64,000 bases of DNA from Ramazzottius varieornatus (lineage: Eukaryota > Animalia > Tardigrada). Where the stretch lies: assembly GCA_001949185.1 (NCBI GenBank), contig BDGG01000002.1:8964362-9028361 (forward strand), written 5' to 3'. The notes beneath the pieces are model-generated. The model saw only the letters and a list, made by a program, of their open reading frames with translations, was not told the origin of the DNA and made no database searches. How positions within the stretch are numbered: the first letter of the stretch is position 1; each line of letters begins with the position of its first letter. Shown piece after piece: positions 36,831 to 51,660 of the stretch. The position numbers were made by a program, and so were the translations under genes.

Positions 36831-38736
36831 ATGCCCAGAACGCGCAGTGATCTGGAGGAGGACAGCTTAGAATATCCGTGGTTCATCTTACCGTCGTTCC
36901 TGGCCAGCACTGCTCTCGTCGCTGGCGGAAGCTGCGCGTACATTGTCTGGAAAACGGATAGCGGCAAGATGGTGGTGAACGACTTGTTGGCTTCCCTGAA
37001 AGAGAACCCGTACTTTGGAGCAGGTTTCGGACTGGTAGGGGTGGGGGCCGGTTTGGCCGTGCTGCGACGAGGCCTGCAGCTGGGCACCGTTCTCTTTCGT
37101 CGACACTATACCGTTACGCTAGAAGTACCCAGTCGTGACAAAAGCTATCAATGGCTTCTCCAGTGGATTACGGCGCGGGCAGCCAGGAACACCCAGCACA
37201 TCAGTGTGGAAACTACTTATACGCAAGAGGAAGATGGAGGGCGCATCTTGACCAAGTTTGACTTTGTTCCCGGCCCGGGTATCCACCTCTTCCGGTCAGT
37301 GAGCGGATTCCTTTACGACTACGCTTGCTGTAACGTTGACATGTTTCCTCCGTCTGCTGTAGATACAAGAATAACTGGATCAGGGTGGAACGCAGTCGCG
37401 AACAACAAGCCATGGACTTTTCTATCGGAGCGCCATTAGAGACCGTGACGCTGTCTTGCTTGGGGACCGATCGCGGAATTTACCATGAAATGCTGGAAGA
37501 GGGTAAGACCTACTCATGACTTTTGCCATCGTCTAGGCTTCAGCAGATGTATCACTGTGTTAAGCTAGCACGACAGTTGGCCATGCAGAAGACGGAAGGC
37601 AAGACGGTCATCTACACGGCCATGGGCTCCGAATGGCGTCCTTTCGGTTATCCACGCCGTCGACGGCCTCTTTCCTCCGTGGTCTTGGATCAAGGTGTCG
37701 GTGAGCGCATTGTTAAAGACGTCCGCGAGTTTATCAACAATCCCAGCTGGTACACGGACCGCGGTATACCGTACCGTCGAGGGTGAGCTCGTCCGATATT
37801 AAACTCTAGAACGATTTCTGTTTTTCATGACTTGCGCATTTCATGCAGGAAAAAGTATGGTCTGTCTTACAGGTATCTGCTATATGGACCTCCAGGCTGC
37901 GGGAAGAGCAGTTTTATCACCGCTCTAGCTGGGGAACTGGAATACAGTATCTGCATTTTGAATTTGAGTGAACGGGGACTAGCGGATGACCGGCTGAATC
38001 ACTTGGTAAAGTGGTGACTTGCTTTGTTTTAGCGTTACTTGTAGCTTGTCACTTAAGCACGGCTCCTCTATAGCTAAATGTGGCACCACAGCAAAGTATC
38101 ATCCTGCTGGAAGATGTCGATGCAGCTTTTGTCAGTCGTGAAGAATCACCTCAAAGTGAGTTCCCATCCAGCTTGGCATCAGAATATCATAACCCTTCCA
38201 GGCGGATTTCACGCGGCGCGTGTTTCTTTGGCAGCAAATGTCGCGTACGAAGGACTGAACCGAGTGACGTTCAGCGGTTTGCTGAACACCATCGACGGCG
38301 TAGCATCTGCCGAAGCGCGAATTCTCTTTATGACTACCAACCACCTTAACAGGTAAGTAAGTACCGTTCAGAGAAGATGAAAAAAGTAGCCAGCATTATT
38401 TTGGGTGCTAACTTCCTGGATGGTTGAAGGCTGGATCCGGCCCTTGTGCGACCAGGACGAGTTGATCTGAAGGAGTACATCGGCCATGTTAGTCCCTACC
38501 AGCTGAGAAGACTCTTCCAGCGCTTTTATCCCGATTCTCCCGTTGAAACGGCGGAAAATTTTGCCAAAGAAGCCTTGGCTCTTGGCCGTCCTATCAGCGC
38601 GGCGCAGATCCAGGGCTTGTTCCTCATGCACAAACACGATCCTCAAGCTTTGTTTGGCCATATTGATTTCCTCGCGCCCACTGTGGCAATTTCTTCTTCA
38701 CAATCCGACCTTCGTTCACAGACACGAACCCTTTAG
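36831..38736 (+). CDS. BCS1L: Mitochondrial AAA chaperone BCS1
   Basis: [51 protein letters not shown], Walker A GPPGCGKS, Walker [34 protein letters not shown]. Confidence 0.96.
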
Positions 38737-39055
38737 CTGTCCTTTCGATCACGAAAAAAACTTTGATAATTAGTTTTCGGAAAAATAAATGTCACCGGTT
38801 GAGTGAAGAACCATTGCATTTCCGTTTGAGACGCAAAGAAAGCCCGCAGAAAGTTTAAGAGTACGTAGTCTCTGTCTTGGAATTAAATTAAACCGTAATC
38901 TACAGACACTGGTGCATGCTTGTGGCCTAGTGCCACTTGTTCCCAACAAGAACCTACGGGTGAGTAGTGGATGGGAAGCTCGAATGCCAAAGAAGTGGGA
39001 ATGGTCGTTGTTGGTCGCGGCTGTCGCTTGTTGGAAGAGAGGGGTAAGCTGCAGG

Positions 39056-42000
39056 TTACAGTTGGTACCACTTTTTGTCCTTGTACTTGCTGGCCAACTG
39101 GTGGGCATTGCCGGCAAAGGCTTCCGCTTGCTGGCGCATTCGTTCCGTCGCTTCATCCAGCTCGCCCAGCTTCTCCCCTCGTTCAAGTGCCAACTACAAA
39201 AGCAGACGCATGCATCACTTCAAGCCTCACCCGTCACGGGGAAAATACGTCCACTCGTGTTAACAACAGCTCCACGTTGTTACGTACCATTTTAGCACGC
39301 CCAATCTCACTGTTGGCCATATTGCTGCTGATTTTGGCTTGCTCCATCGCCGAGCCGGCCACGTGCCTGGCTAAGGCTTTTGAGCCTTTGCCAGCTGCTT
39401 CTCCAACTAGATAAATACAATGACCGACACCACATTACACTTCTAGGTCCAAGTGAGATCGTTTAATCTGCAAAAACGTACAGAGCTCTTCACGATCCTT
39501 TTCCACTTGTTGAGACGCCGACAGCGTGTTGGCGGCCTGAGTGGCCGCGCCCATCAGGCTCTTGAGGAATCCCACCGCCGGTGCCACAGCCGAAGGGCGT
39601 GTCGATTCTGTCACCCACTGCTGCTCGCGGCTGGCGATGAACAGCTCACCATTGGGCTGGTTGAAGCAAGAACTACAACAAGGAAATTACCTTATGTCAG
39701 CAACGTACGTCTTGCTTTCGCACCGTCAGAGAGTTCTATACTTACGCGGTCTCCGCGGAGAAGGTCAGTTTTTGCAGTTCGGATTTGGAGGCCATAAAGA
39801 GCGCGCCGGCATGTCGTCCAAACGACAAGGTTCGGCATAGTCTGCAAAAAGCATCTTGCTGGGATAAGGTGTCTCTGCATTACTCAGCAAGCACGAGACT
39901 TTGTTGAGTGGTTCATTCTAATGCTGGTGTAGCCGCTAGTACCTGAGATCGTTGGCAGGAGAAAGCGGCACGTCCAAAAGAGGTCGCAATGACGGTAAGG
40001 AGTAGATGGTCACCCTTCCGCTGGACAGGTAGCAGAATATGCATGCATTTTCTACAGAAGTATCACCATACACACACGAAACAACAGCCAAAGTGCAGAA
40101 ATGGAAAAGTATCCTACCTTTGACGTTTTCAACAGTCGCCTTTAGTATAGTCAGATGGCCGAGCGAGTTGGAAGGGTCAGAGTGCAGCTTGTACTTTTGA
40201 TACAGGGCCTGACTGGGCAGCACAAAAGTTCGAATCTGCCGTTCCATACAGAGCACCAAGATGTGCCGAGCATCGGCCAACAGGCTGGTCAAGGCTGGGA
40301 TGCCGCTGCCAGCACTAGCTTCGGACGGTCGCGCGCCTGATCCTGTATCAAATCCACACAAGTGGCTCAAGCCATCGTGCTTCAACTGTCAAATACCAAG
40401 GTATCGTATACGCACTGCCATTGGACACATCGTGACTTTGCAGACTGGCGGGTTGCACAGGCACAGTGCTGGCATTAGCCGAAGAAGAGGCCGTGGAAGC
40501 AGTGTCGTTGAGGAGTGCGCCATGTGCATCCAGCAAGGCGATGCATACGACGGCGCCGCTGTTGTTGTAGCGGAAGAGGGTACCTACGATTAGCCATGGT
40601 CGTGTACCAGCTTTGTTGTGTGGTGTAGACGAACGAACCGGTGGGAACACCAATGACGGGTTGTGAAAGTCGATGGGTGGCTTGTGGCTGAGAAGGATCA
40701 AAGGAAGAAGCCACCGAAGCTGAGAAGGAGGAAGAGGGAAGTTGAAATGCCAAGACCAAGACCGAGCCCAGTTCCGTCCCGACCCACAAACATGGACCAA
40801 TGTTGACATCTGTAACAGTAACCAGCTACCTCCTGTGAGCCGTAAATTCAATGGAGGCACTTGCCCGGGCATTCGACTTACCAGCTCTTCGACCATACGT
40901 ATCAGCAAACTTGAGACACAGCACGGCTTCGGAAGCAATAAAATCCAGGCTGGAAGAGCTACTGCTGCGCGACCGAACCAATTCTGCTTTCTCTACAAGG
41001 AACAAGGTAAGGAAAACTGAATAATGTCAGACAAACAAGGGGAAAGCATCATGCAAAGGCCAAATGAACGTTATGCAACGGGACAAAATGGGCAGTGTCG
41101 ATGGACGGACAGTGCTGCCAGTGCGGACGGCGTCTCCAGCGTGGCCAGCGCACCAATAGGAGCCAAAGTGTAGTTTGTCCATGCCAAAAGCAAAGTTGGA
41201 CGTATAAACAGGAACGAAGATACAGTCATGGCCTAGTCCCTGTCAAGTAAAAACAAAACAGCGACGGTATTACAAAACCCAAGAACAGAGATGACACCAC
41301 ACAGAGAAACGAGATGGATATGCGCAGCAAGAGACCACAGTGCATACATGACAGGACAATGTCTTCATAGATGGATCAGAAAAGTCTACGATGGACGACG
41401 GATTGCGATATGAAGTAACTTACCTAAGCTGGAATGGAAGGCGCGATCCTTGGAACTGTGTCTGGGAACAGTACGACGTGGTGACAAGTCCGATTCGAAG
41501 GAGAAGGCCAAGGTGGACATGCGCTGTAAGACGGCGCTGCGGGGATGGGTGATGCGGGTGGTGGGAGTGGGCGGTGGTGCTGCAGGCTGAGCACTGGCCG
41601 CTGAAGACGCCGTCCCCCTTTCGTCATGCAACGGCTGTCGCCGAGGAGGCGTACCGGCATTAACGCTGGGTCGCGGTGAAGAGGAAACGGTGCCGGCCAC
41701 AGCGGCTGGGACCGCGCTGACTCCATCGGCTGTAGCAGTCTGCAACAGGAAATCAATAGGGCAAGGCTACACTCACACACCTTTCGCTGGTTGCATTCGC
41801 GCTGCCAAAAGACGAACCCACGTTTAGATATTATTACGATGATGAGGAAAGCACACCTGTACAGGAGGCGAATGTGGCGGAGCCTTCTCATGCTTGGGTG
41901 AAGATCTTGTGCCTCGTTGGAAGGGGTCTTCTGAGCCATACAAGTCTGGCGTCGCTAGATTCATCACGCAGTGCTTCTGGATGATATCAACCACTATCAA

Positions 42001-45000
42001 TCCCGTATCGCTGCCGATGGCCAACCTGGAAAGCAACAGAAGGAAACTGCCCCTTTGTTAAGCACACTAGCGGCTTGAACAGTCACCAAGAAGATCGTCT
42101 TTCCTTCTGTTCGAATACGGTTCTGCAAGCTTATGACACCTTCCGAAAAACTGAATGTTCCTTCTTTTCATACTGATTGTTATCCCGGCGGAACTTACAG
42201 TCCGTGCTTGGACGAGATGGCCAAACTAGTAACGAGGGAAGCCGATGGTAAAGCTCCGTTGTCTTGTGTCCCACTATCCTGCGACTGCGTTGAGGCCTGC
42301 TGTTCGTGGAGCTTCTCGTTCGGTGACCAGCTGGTGGAAGCAGACTTGATGTCGGTGTAACATACCAGAACAGGCTGGTAGCCAGCGGCCCGTTTATGCA
42401 AACCACTCTTAACTCGAGGCTGTAACCTTCTGCCACCTCTTTCTGACTCTTCGGACAACGCAGTGACACCTTCCGCAGCTGGCACCGGAACCAAAGAGAC
42501 CGCTGGTGTCAGATCCAAAACCTACACAAAACATCGGACATCAGTTAGTTCAACCAATTAACGTTGTCCACCAGTTACATGTGATGGCTGCAGTCATTCC
42601 ATGAAAAACAGGCTTACCGCAATTTCTGAGGAAATTTCCTGTCTGTTCCACATGTAAAGGATAACCAGTCCTCCAACGCAACCCACAGCTAGACATCGAC
42701 ATTCAGGGTCCAGGGAGATCAGTTGAATTTCGATAGGCCCGTCGGTGACAGCTGGTGGTGTCTCTGACGGCTGCTCGCTGGTTGCCGCGACGGTACTAGA
42801 GGTCAGGTCTTGGGTAGCGACGGCATCAGCTGGAGCAGCGGTAACAGCCGGAAGAGGGCTCTTGCCGGCTGACTTCTTGCTCCGCTCAAATATGCGGTTG
42901 ATCTTCAAGCGATCGAGGTGTTGCAAAGATGCTACCACAGATAAAATACTTCATCCTTCATTCAGTCTTCGACATGGCGGAACATGATAATTATAGTATG
43001 CAAGGTCTTCATGTACTGCTCTAGCTGCCATGACATTCCAAAGTTACATATCCGGACACTATCAGACTGATATTGGTCTCTGAGGACGTACCCGATGATA
43101 CGTCCCAGAATCTGATGGTTCCTTCCGAGTGACTTGAACGGGAAAGAGTAGTGTTATAACAGTGAAACCGGAAGGCAGGTCAACAGGGTCCAGAGAGAGA
43201 AGTCATGTGAGCAGTGTTACCAGGTAAGGAGCAAGTCTGAATAAGGCGTGGCAGCTGACCCCCACATTCCTCCATCAATGGGCCATTCCTGCCGCCCCAA
43301 CACAAGGTTTCGGGCATTGTACAAAACTGAGGGAAGAAGAGCAAAACATGATTGTTACCTTATCTGTGAAGGTGCTTTTCTTGTGTTTAGCACCGGCAGT
43401 ATACAGTGTGGGAATGATGTCGGAGGGACAATCGGCCACATAGTAGCAACTGAAAGCAGGCGGCTCGTGCAGATCCATGGAATATGGATTCTCAAATAAA
43501 GGATACCTTGAAAGCAGATCCTCTCAGTATTACTGTATGATAGCCCGACATGCTTGATCAACTTGATGCTGATGCTTGATTAAAGCAGAAGACGTACACG
43601 CACGACGAGATATTACGAGCCAGTAAGAATTACGGGCCAGGCCTTTCGCTACGGCGGCACGGGCAGGTGATTCTTGCTACAAGTAAAAACCAGCATCGAA
43701 GGCTGCACTGCTGTACGTGCGTGCTGGATATTGTGGAGCTAAAGCTTGTCATATTAATGTTATCGCAGTCAGATCTTCATTATACCTTCAACAGTTCAAA
43801 CTATTCCAAGGCTTCTCCGGCCTCTGGGAGAAAGTCGACAGCAGCATGGAAGCGTTAGAGTAAAACAGCTGATCCGCTGATAGCCACTGTCCATGACAAC
43901 TTTCTACGGTTGAATTTTACTACGCAACGTCATTTGTGCGATTTCTGTCTCTGACTTCCATACAAATTGTAAATTTGCCGTCTTTTCCGCCTAGGCCCGT
44001 ATTATCTCGTCGTGCATGTACGGACCGTACATACCCAGGTGCAGCCAGATCGATGGCCACCAAATCATTCTCCAACAAGACAATCACAGCTTCGTGTTCA
44101 CAGCCTTCTGCAGCAAACAGACAAGTTTTAGGACGCGCAGTAATGCGGACAGTGCGGTACAGTCAAGGAGCGACACCCGACGAACCTGTTAGATGTGGAG
44201 CGGAGGGTACGCAAAGGAAAGCCACAATGGGGTGCTCCATCTCCAGGACGGTAGTACTCTTGCCCTGGACGATCGACATGGTTTGCGGGCGCGCCTTCGT
44301 CGTCTTGGCAGAACTATTTTTAGCGCTACCACCAGCGATCGATGAGTTCTCCTGACTAAAGGCCACTCCACCCGAAAAGAGCAACAAGGCCTCGTTCCTG
44401 CAACAATCTCCACAAATGCATACTCCAGCTGTCAGGTTCCTCAACGGGAACATATGGAGATAGTTACTAGTCCCGATATTAGAAGGCACGCCTTACCCGC
44501 CCTTTTGCTTCTTCCATTCTACTTGCACGATGGCGATCCCCGCATCGTCTTTCGACCTCCGAGCTAAGAAAAGACATGAGTAAGGCAAGCCGCTTCTCTC
44601 CAGAAATGGTTTCCTGATTATCCGCTAGTACAATGGCCGCCAGCAGGTAAAGGCAAGGAGACTTACCATGAGGCGCGGTATGGGAGGTTGCTTTGTGGGG
44701 GACCTTGGGGTTCCAGACGGCCAGTGTACCGTCGGCGTGACTGCTGACAAACTGTTTACCGTCATGGTGCCACGATATCGAGCATAATGATGTCTGTAAC
44801 CATCACACAAAACAAGATACATTATCGTACAGTGCGGCCCACTTCTCATAACTGTGTGTATGCAGGAAGAGAGAGTACGTACATCAGTAATCTGGAAGCG
44901 TACATCGGCACCCTTGTTCTTGAGATCCCACAGCGTAATCAGCCCAGAATCGAAGCCAATAAGTAACTGCAACATTACCTCCCTCAACCAACAACAGAGA

Positions 45001-47865
45001 CTTTTTTAGGGAAACATTCAGGTCCTAGGCTCTGACTACTCACTTTGCCAGCGTCGGATGGACAATCACTCAGATGGATAACCCGACCGGGATGACTGCG
45101 ACTTGATCTGCAAACAAAGCCAAAGGCAACTCTTGTTCCGCCCCACCCAGCCCTCCGTGTTTATCTTGTGGTTTAACTTTCCACCCCGGGTCAATCTTTC
45201 CATTGACAGAACAGCGGCATAAAGCGCATGCAGCGTTCGTCTCGTTACAGTTCGAAAAAAATTTTGCAAAGCGTAAAGAAGAAAAAGTTGGCTTACTTAC
45301 AGCTCCATGGCTTTGTTCCAGTTGATAATGTAGCCAGACAGAACGAAAGCGTCGATCTGGACGACATGTACGTTGCCCTTGTCGGTTCCCGCAAATAACC
45401 ATTTGCTTCGATAGGGAATATGACATACTGTCAGCCTACAAAGGACAGACCATCTGCTGATAAATGAAGGCAACAAACGGAAGCGTATTGTGCCATCTAC
45501 GTTTCTTTTTGGAACTCCAGCGACTGAATGATGTCCGGACGTTTCGACCCTTTGAAGCTCCACAGATGTAGCCAGTTGTTGGCATGCACGGCCACAAAGG
45601 TTCCCTGTTAAAACAGACGCCAGCACTAAAGAGACCTTGAATTTAACTCAGTCTCGTCAATGATAGGTCTTGTACCTCGTTCACCAAGAAGATAATCTGT
45701 AGAACTGCGTTACTATGACTGTTGCCGCCGTTCGAGGAACTCCCCAAAAGTGCCTCACGATCGCTGGATTCCGTGGCGAGGCCGGCCGATCCCCCCGGCC
45801 GAAGATAATAGTCTACTCCGGGTCGCCCTAACCTGCAAACAAACTAAACCAGTTCATAAAGGCCCAACGTCAACAAGGAGTCGGGACGGAATGTCTGCCT
45901 GTTTGTTTCGGCCAGGGTACAAATCGATATTTCATCGGCTAATAGTCTGTTTTTTTCCAACAGAGTCGACCTGCTGTAATCAGACGAATAAACAGCCCCA
46001 CAGTTTTGCTACAAGTTTACTCGGGTCTTCAGATTTGTTTGCAGCACTTTGAAGCTTTTCCTCTGTCTTGCGCGTATGGTGAACGCCACCCCCTAAATCA
46101 ACAGAGAAATTCTGCCGTGCGTTACGACATCCTCCTCGATCTCTCAGTATTAGTTCTATGCTCATCTCGCAATGCCCACGTAATTATGTTTAAGTACCAT
46201 ACCAAAACTGAACAGCCAACGGAGAATTCATTGAACCGGCGTTGGCTAACGTGGAAGGAGGCACTAGCAAAAGAGAAGCGATTAGACTGTTTGACAATGG
46301 AGGAGAACCTGCTGACGAGGAAGTGGTTATTTAGCGTCCATTTCCTTCCTGGCCTTTAGGCCATTTTCCGTTCCATCGCAAATTTAGAGTGCGAGCCTGG
46401 CTCTGCTTTTCTTCAGACTGGGGCAGAGCGCACTGTATGAATCTGCGGCTAACTTAGCTCCTTCCATCCGTTGACTTAATATGCTTGATATTATCCTTAT
46501 CGATTGAGCATAGTTCGGTGCTAGCAAGAGCTGAAGCATGAGCACGAGCTGCCTTTCTGTTAACCTTTGCCATTCAATCCATTGTCACAACTACATCCCC
46601 ACCAGCATTTTTACCATCCAGCTTTATGCTCCGGCATTATCCCTCGATGACGACAAGTACTGCATCATAAGGCAGCCCGACGCTTTAGCCTCTTCGTTAT
46701 TCTTCAGTACAAGACATACTGCTTTCCGCAGACTTCCGTCATTTTCCCGCCTTCTGGACATGTTCGTCAAGTTACAAAACCACAGTCCGTTCTGTCCAAA
46801 AGAGCCGTCCCAATTTTAACGCCGAACAGACCTCAAGCTAGGCAGAGCTTCTGGGGCAAGCTCATGCTGACCCTGCAGGCGCTTTCAGCCAGGCAGACGA
46901 TGTACAGCTGCTTGGATAAATCGATTAGGGAGACTTGAGGTTCGGCCTAAGGTCCTCCCCACCCACGAGTTCGAGTCCTTCATCTATCAGACTACTAGAG
47001 GACCTCAGCAGGACTTTCTGAAGGACCTAGCGGGTTCAAGAGATGGGGGAAGAAGCTGAAGACCACTTCAATGCAAACGTCCAGTTAAGCTCTTCTTTGG
47101 TTCAAGGACCGACATTTTATCATTTCTACCATATTCACTGTGGAGTATGCAGTTGCGAGGTCCTCGACTAAGTTAGTCCCTAGCCCACTTTGATTTCTTG
47201 GTTGTCATTAAAGCCAAGAGACAGCATTAAATTTTGCACGCTTGTAAACCTCTCCCCCCAATCGACGAAGAATCTTACACATAAATTCTTCCAAGATTTG
47301 GGTGCGGTCAGTAGAAACCCCCGTCTGATCACCCCTCTATTCGGGGACATCGTCAAATGTTCTTGCCTCTGGCTAAAAATAGTCAGAGGCAGACAAATGA
47401 CGGAAGTCTAAAGATGTGAGTGTTACGTACAGCCTTATGGAGCCTTGACGTGTTCCAATAGCCAGAATCCGTTGAACAGGCTCCAGCGCCAAACAGCAGG
47501 GGTCTTGAGGAAATCCCGAGCGTGACACCTGTAATAACAATTGTCCCACTCAAATCAGACGCGTAGTCGTTAGCGATTAAGTCAAAGTCAACCGCATCGA
47601 CATTGGCCCACTAATCGATCAAGCTGGGAGGAGGGTGAGCTAGCTCGGAGAACTTTACCTCGGCAAAGGCAAACTCTTGGGCCTTGACATTCTCATCGGG
47701 TTCGACATCAAACTTGTTGGCACCGGTAACGGCGTCGGCCACTCCCGCCACGGAGGACCTCGAAGGGCATATAGTTTAATCACTTGATTAACGGCAACTC
47801 AGTCGATACAACAAGGAAACATACCTGAGGTTATCGAGCATATTCCGGAAAGTCAACTTCTTCAT
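39056..47865 (-). CDS. STXBP5: Tomosyn / syntaxin-binding protein 5, multi-exon
   Basis: MKKLTFRNMLDNLR start; RHARDFLKTPAVWRWSLFNG exon region; GRPGVD..VLQIIFLVNE; KWLFAGTDKGN..LSGYIINWN; LLIGFDSG; DLYGSEDPFQR; C-terminal R-SNARE GEKLGELDEATERM..KYKDKKWYQL. Confidence 0.93.
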
Positions 47866-50800
47866 GCTGCAGGCAGGATGTCTCAACTTATTCCTTTATA
47901 ACCCTGCGAAAAACACCCTACATCAATCCCTGATCTAAAACAGGAAAGAAGAACAACGACAAAGATTAGGATGCGATCAGGAGCAACGACACTGCACCGC
48001 ACGGCAACTCAGATTGACAGCATATGGCGCACTTTGCAGCTGGAATAACTTGGCGAACACTGATCAGTCATCCGTAAAGGTGTACACCATGGAATGTCGG
48101 CAAGGATAAAGAGTCTAGTCGGCTCTGCAGGGCTGGCAAGTACGTAAAAGCAAATAAGAAACGATGTTCGGACTGGCATCGAATGGAGAAGGGGGAAAGC
48201 TGAACCTGCTTAAACTGCCACACGTTCCTGACAAGATCGGGAAGCTGAACCCACAAGCAGCAATGACACAACAGCCGAAAACGACCAAAAAGCGTCAGTC
48301 GACCTTCACACAGCATCGTACTCCTCTCAGTTTTTTTGACGGCAACGCTTTCTTGTACAGCACGACTGTGCACCGATAAACTTTGGGAGATGTTCGTCTC
48401 AACTATGCCTGCGACAGAACGTGAGAACAGGCGGAGGCAGATAGGCGCATGGGCAACGTTGCCTCGCGGAGAGAACAGCAGTGACGTCAAGCGCAACATT
48501 AAAAGGGAATCGTTCTCAATAGCGAAGCTGAGGCAAAGGTTCAAGATGCTTTAGCGTACGATCCCGAATAATCTCCATCAAGGGGACTGCCTCCAGCCAT
48601 GGGAAGAACGGTAAGCTCGAACCGTAGTCTTCCTGCCTTGCTTCCTGCATCGCTGGGCTGTCTCTATCCCGCAGTCCTTCACGGTCCTTCGTCAGAGAGC
48701 AGGGAGAAAGAGAAGAGAGATCAGTATTAATGTAATACGGCACTTCATCACTGGACGGGCATACATAATGCATGAACAAACCCAAGCTCAGGCTGTAGTT
48801 CATTCCTGTACACTGGGTCTCACTCCAGTCTCTCATTCCGGAAACACAGAGGCCAGGGTCTTTCAGGCAAGTCCGTCTTACGCTCCCGCAAACCGAAGCA
48901 ATCGATAGGACAAGTTAACTGCTCGCACGCATTGGCTTTTGATGTCGCTGCAATTTTACTTCCTGACAATCACCCTCTCTCTCTCCATTTGTTAGTCTGA
49001 CAGTTTTCGCTGCAACAACGCGACTTACCTTCTAGCCGCTTGCTCCCCGTTACAGCCGACAAACTTATGACATTCAACTTTCTCCCAAGAGTCCTGATGG
49101 TGTCGATCAGCAGCAAGCCAGCTACGGATAACTTCGCGTCCTCGATGTCCAGCAGCAACGGATCTGATCACAGCACCCGCATCCGCAGATAATGCATCGG
49201 CCGAGCAGCTGAAGATGAAGACGCACGATCCCGAAATCCAGGAAGTCTTTTGAGAAGTGGAAGAAATCAGGACAATAGTTTCATGAATTTCCGAATTCGA
49301 GTTCATGTCAGCCAGTCACTGTAGAGCTGCGGTACTTTACGTGCTGGATAGACCGGCCTGCCAAAAAATAGGTTGACTCAGCACCCACCGTGGACTGGTG
49401 AAGAACAATCATTAACTGATACGCCAAAGGTGAAGAAATCAAGCCTTAGTATGACTTTACATGAAGAAACACTCTGATTCTATTGGCGCTACAGTATCCT
49501 TGTGTTTTGAGTGTATTGTCGATGATGTAACGAGTATTCGCTCCGCCTCGGTATTCGCACAGCGCACTCAGCCCTCGCTTGATCTTATATCCCACATCCT
49601 CTTCCGGCAAGACGAGCTGCTAACGAAGGGATTATGCTTGTCCTCCGCCTTTCTGAAATATTCTGACATGATAGAATGATGGACAAGAGTCTGCTCTACC
49701 GTCTGAAACAGGCGTAGCTTGCGCAATGAAATCCTGGAAGACACTACAGGAACCGAAAGTGACGCCAAAATCTGGGCGGTACACACCTATTGATTTTATC
49801 GACCTCACGTATTATGCGAAACTCAACATCAGATTGTCAAGGAAGGTAAATCTTACTGAAATAAGAAGAGACGAAACACCAAATTTCACCAAAACCACCC
49901 GAAACCGTAGAAATAGAAAACAGCGTGCTGGGGTTTTGCTGACCGCTGGTCATTAGTGTAAAAGTGGTGGAAGCATAGAGGAGCTTTACACCATCCACAT
50001 TTCAGAAGCAAGGAACGCTCATAATTATCATGGTCACAACGACCAGTCAGTCCTTGGAAACAGAATTCTGTGGGGTTAACATATTCTACGGACCCGTCGA
50101 CATAACCTGACAAATGCCAAGCTCGAGCAATGAGGTTAGAAAATCTAGGGGAAGTAAACTGCTGGTAAATCTGGGAATGCGTTTTCAATATGACGTCACG
50201 ATGGTGGACTTGAACCGGCTGACTGTTCAAGAATATCCAGTTCGAAACCTTCCTGAAATACCCCTTGTACATCCGGAAGCAAAGAACGTCCAGTGGCCGA
50301 ATATGACCAGTTACTTTAGGTGGTATAGTGATCGTTTCGTATTCTAGTTCTTCCGGTTTGACTTCATCTACGACTTCTTGGTCAGAGAACGTCGACAAAG
50401 AATCAGCAAGAAATATACAGTGCTGATTCATGTGCGGAAAGAAAAATTCTCGCATCATTCGATGTAGAGCTCCTTGGTCATCATGCCAGACGTGGAAGCG
50501 GTGACATGCAGGTTACTAGCTTTAAACATGGACTTTTTCGCAAGTGGTCCGAAGATTCCTTCAGGTTCTTGCAGCGTGATGAAGATAACGGGCACAAACT
50601 TGCGAACACCTGGTGAAACGCACATCATAACCGTGTAGCTCTGAATCATCAAATTCTGAGACTGTGTGAGTGCTAAAACGTGCTTTGCACCGACGAAATC
50701 CAGAGTTCGACCTGGTCTCATCTCGTACTCGAATCCACTCTGATCAGCATTCCACAGACAGTCTTTCCCGTACGCCTGCATTCTTTCTTTGACCACAGCA

Positions 50801-51660
50801 ACGCACGCTTCGGCTCTCTTCTTTCTGTCCGGTACTTCTTTCAGGTACTTTTCGGTGACAAACTTCGTGATTTTTCTGTCGCAGATATTATAGTATCTAC
50901 AAACGAGCAATAAGACTACAAACGTCAAAAACTTAAACGTTATTGAGTAAATGATCATGTCTGCCATTATCCTTACTTTATGAACTTTCCAACCCAATGA
51001 GGAGAAGCTGTGAAACCGGAAAGCCCAATCTCACGGCTGGCTGTAACTGCCCACTGCTGAACATCCAAATCTTTCACTATGCTAGGCTTTGGCTTGGCAA
51101 GGAAGAACTCCAGTCGTATCGCCAAAACGCACGTTCATCATAGGTACACTCATCTAGCGTAATTATGGGGGGAAAGATTATTTGGCCACAGGCCGAAAGC
51201 GGCAACGCTTCGATTGATCGTCAGTTAAGCAGGAGATACCCCCTCCGGCCAGTGGCCAGAAATTTGTTCACCGCCAATAGTTAGGCCAGGCGCGTGTACG
51301 GAGCTTGCCTGCACGACACACAAACGATGTCACACGAACGAACGATGCCAATAGGAACAAAGTACGGATGGAAGCATAAGAAGGACCGTCGGGACACATC
51401 TTGATAGCCCAACCCTATTCTCTTTGTTTCTCTGACCACCGGACAACTGCATGTGCGTGCTTGAGGCAGCCGGTTTTGCTGGACTTATCATATCACATGC
51501 AGCCCAGGTGTACAAAGAAGACGGTCTCGACGAAGGCACTTACTCCTTTAGGTCCAGTACCGGTAATCCATACATTCAAAATCGGCCGCATAATTTCAAG
51601 ATGGATTCACGCTGTTTACGGATTTGAAGACAGCAGGGCCTTATAACTCCGAATTACACG

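Noticed and set aside
45677-45832. GC-rich segment with CCCTAACCT resembling a telomerase template or structured ncRNA
   Set aside because: On the minus strand it is a tomosyn coding exon (LGRPGVDYYLR..VLQIIFLVNE) with proper splice sites.
46000-47350. Possible Tc1-like relic and B-box in the long tomosyn intron
   Set aside because: Only faint, frameshifted motif similarity and no paired TIRs.
48068-49320. Short ORFs and splice-like signals upstream of tomosyn
   Set aside because: No recognisable domain or coherent exon chain.
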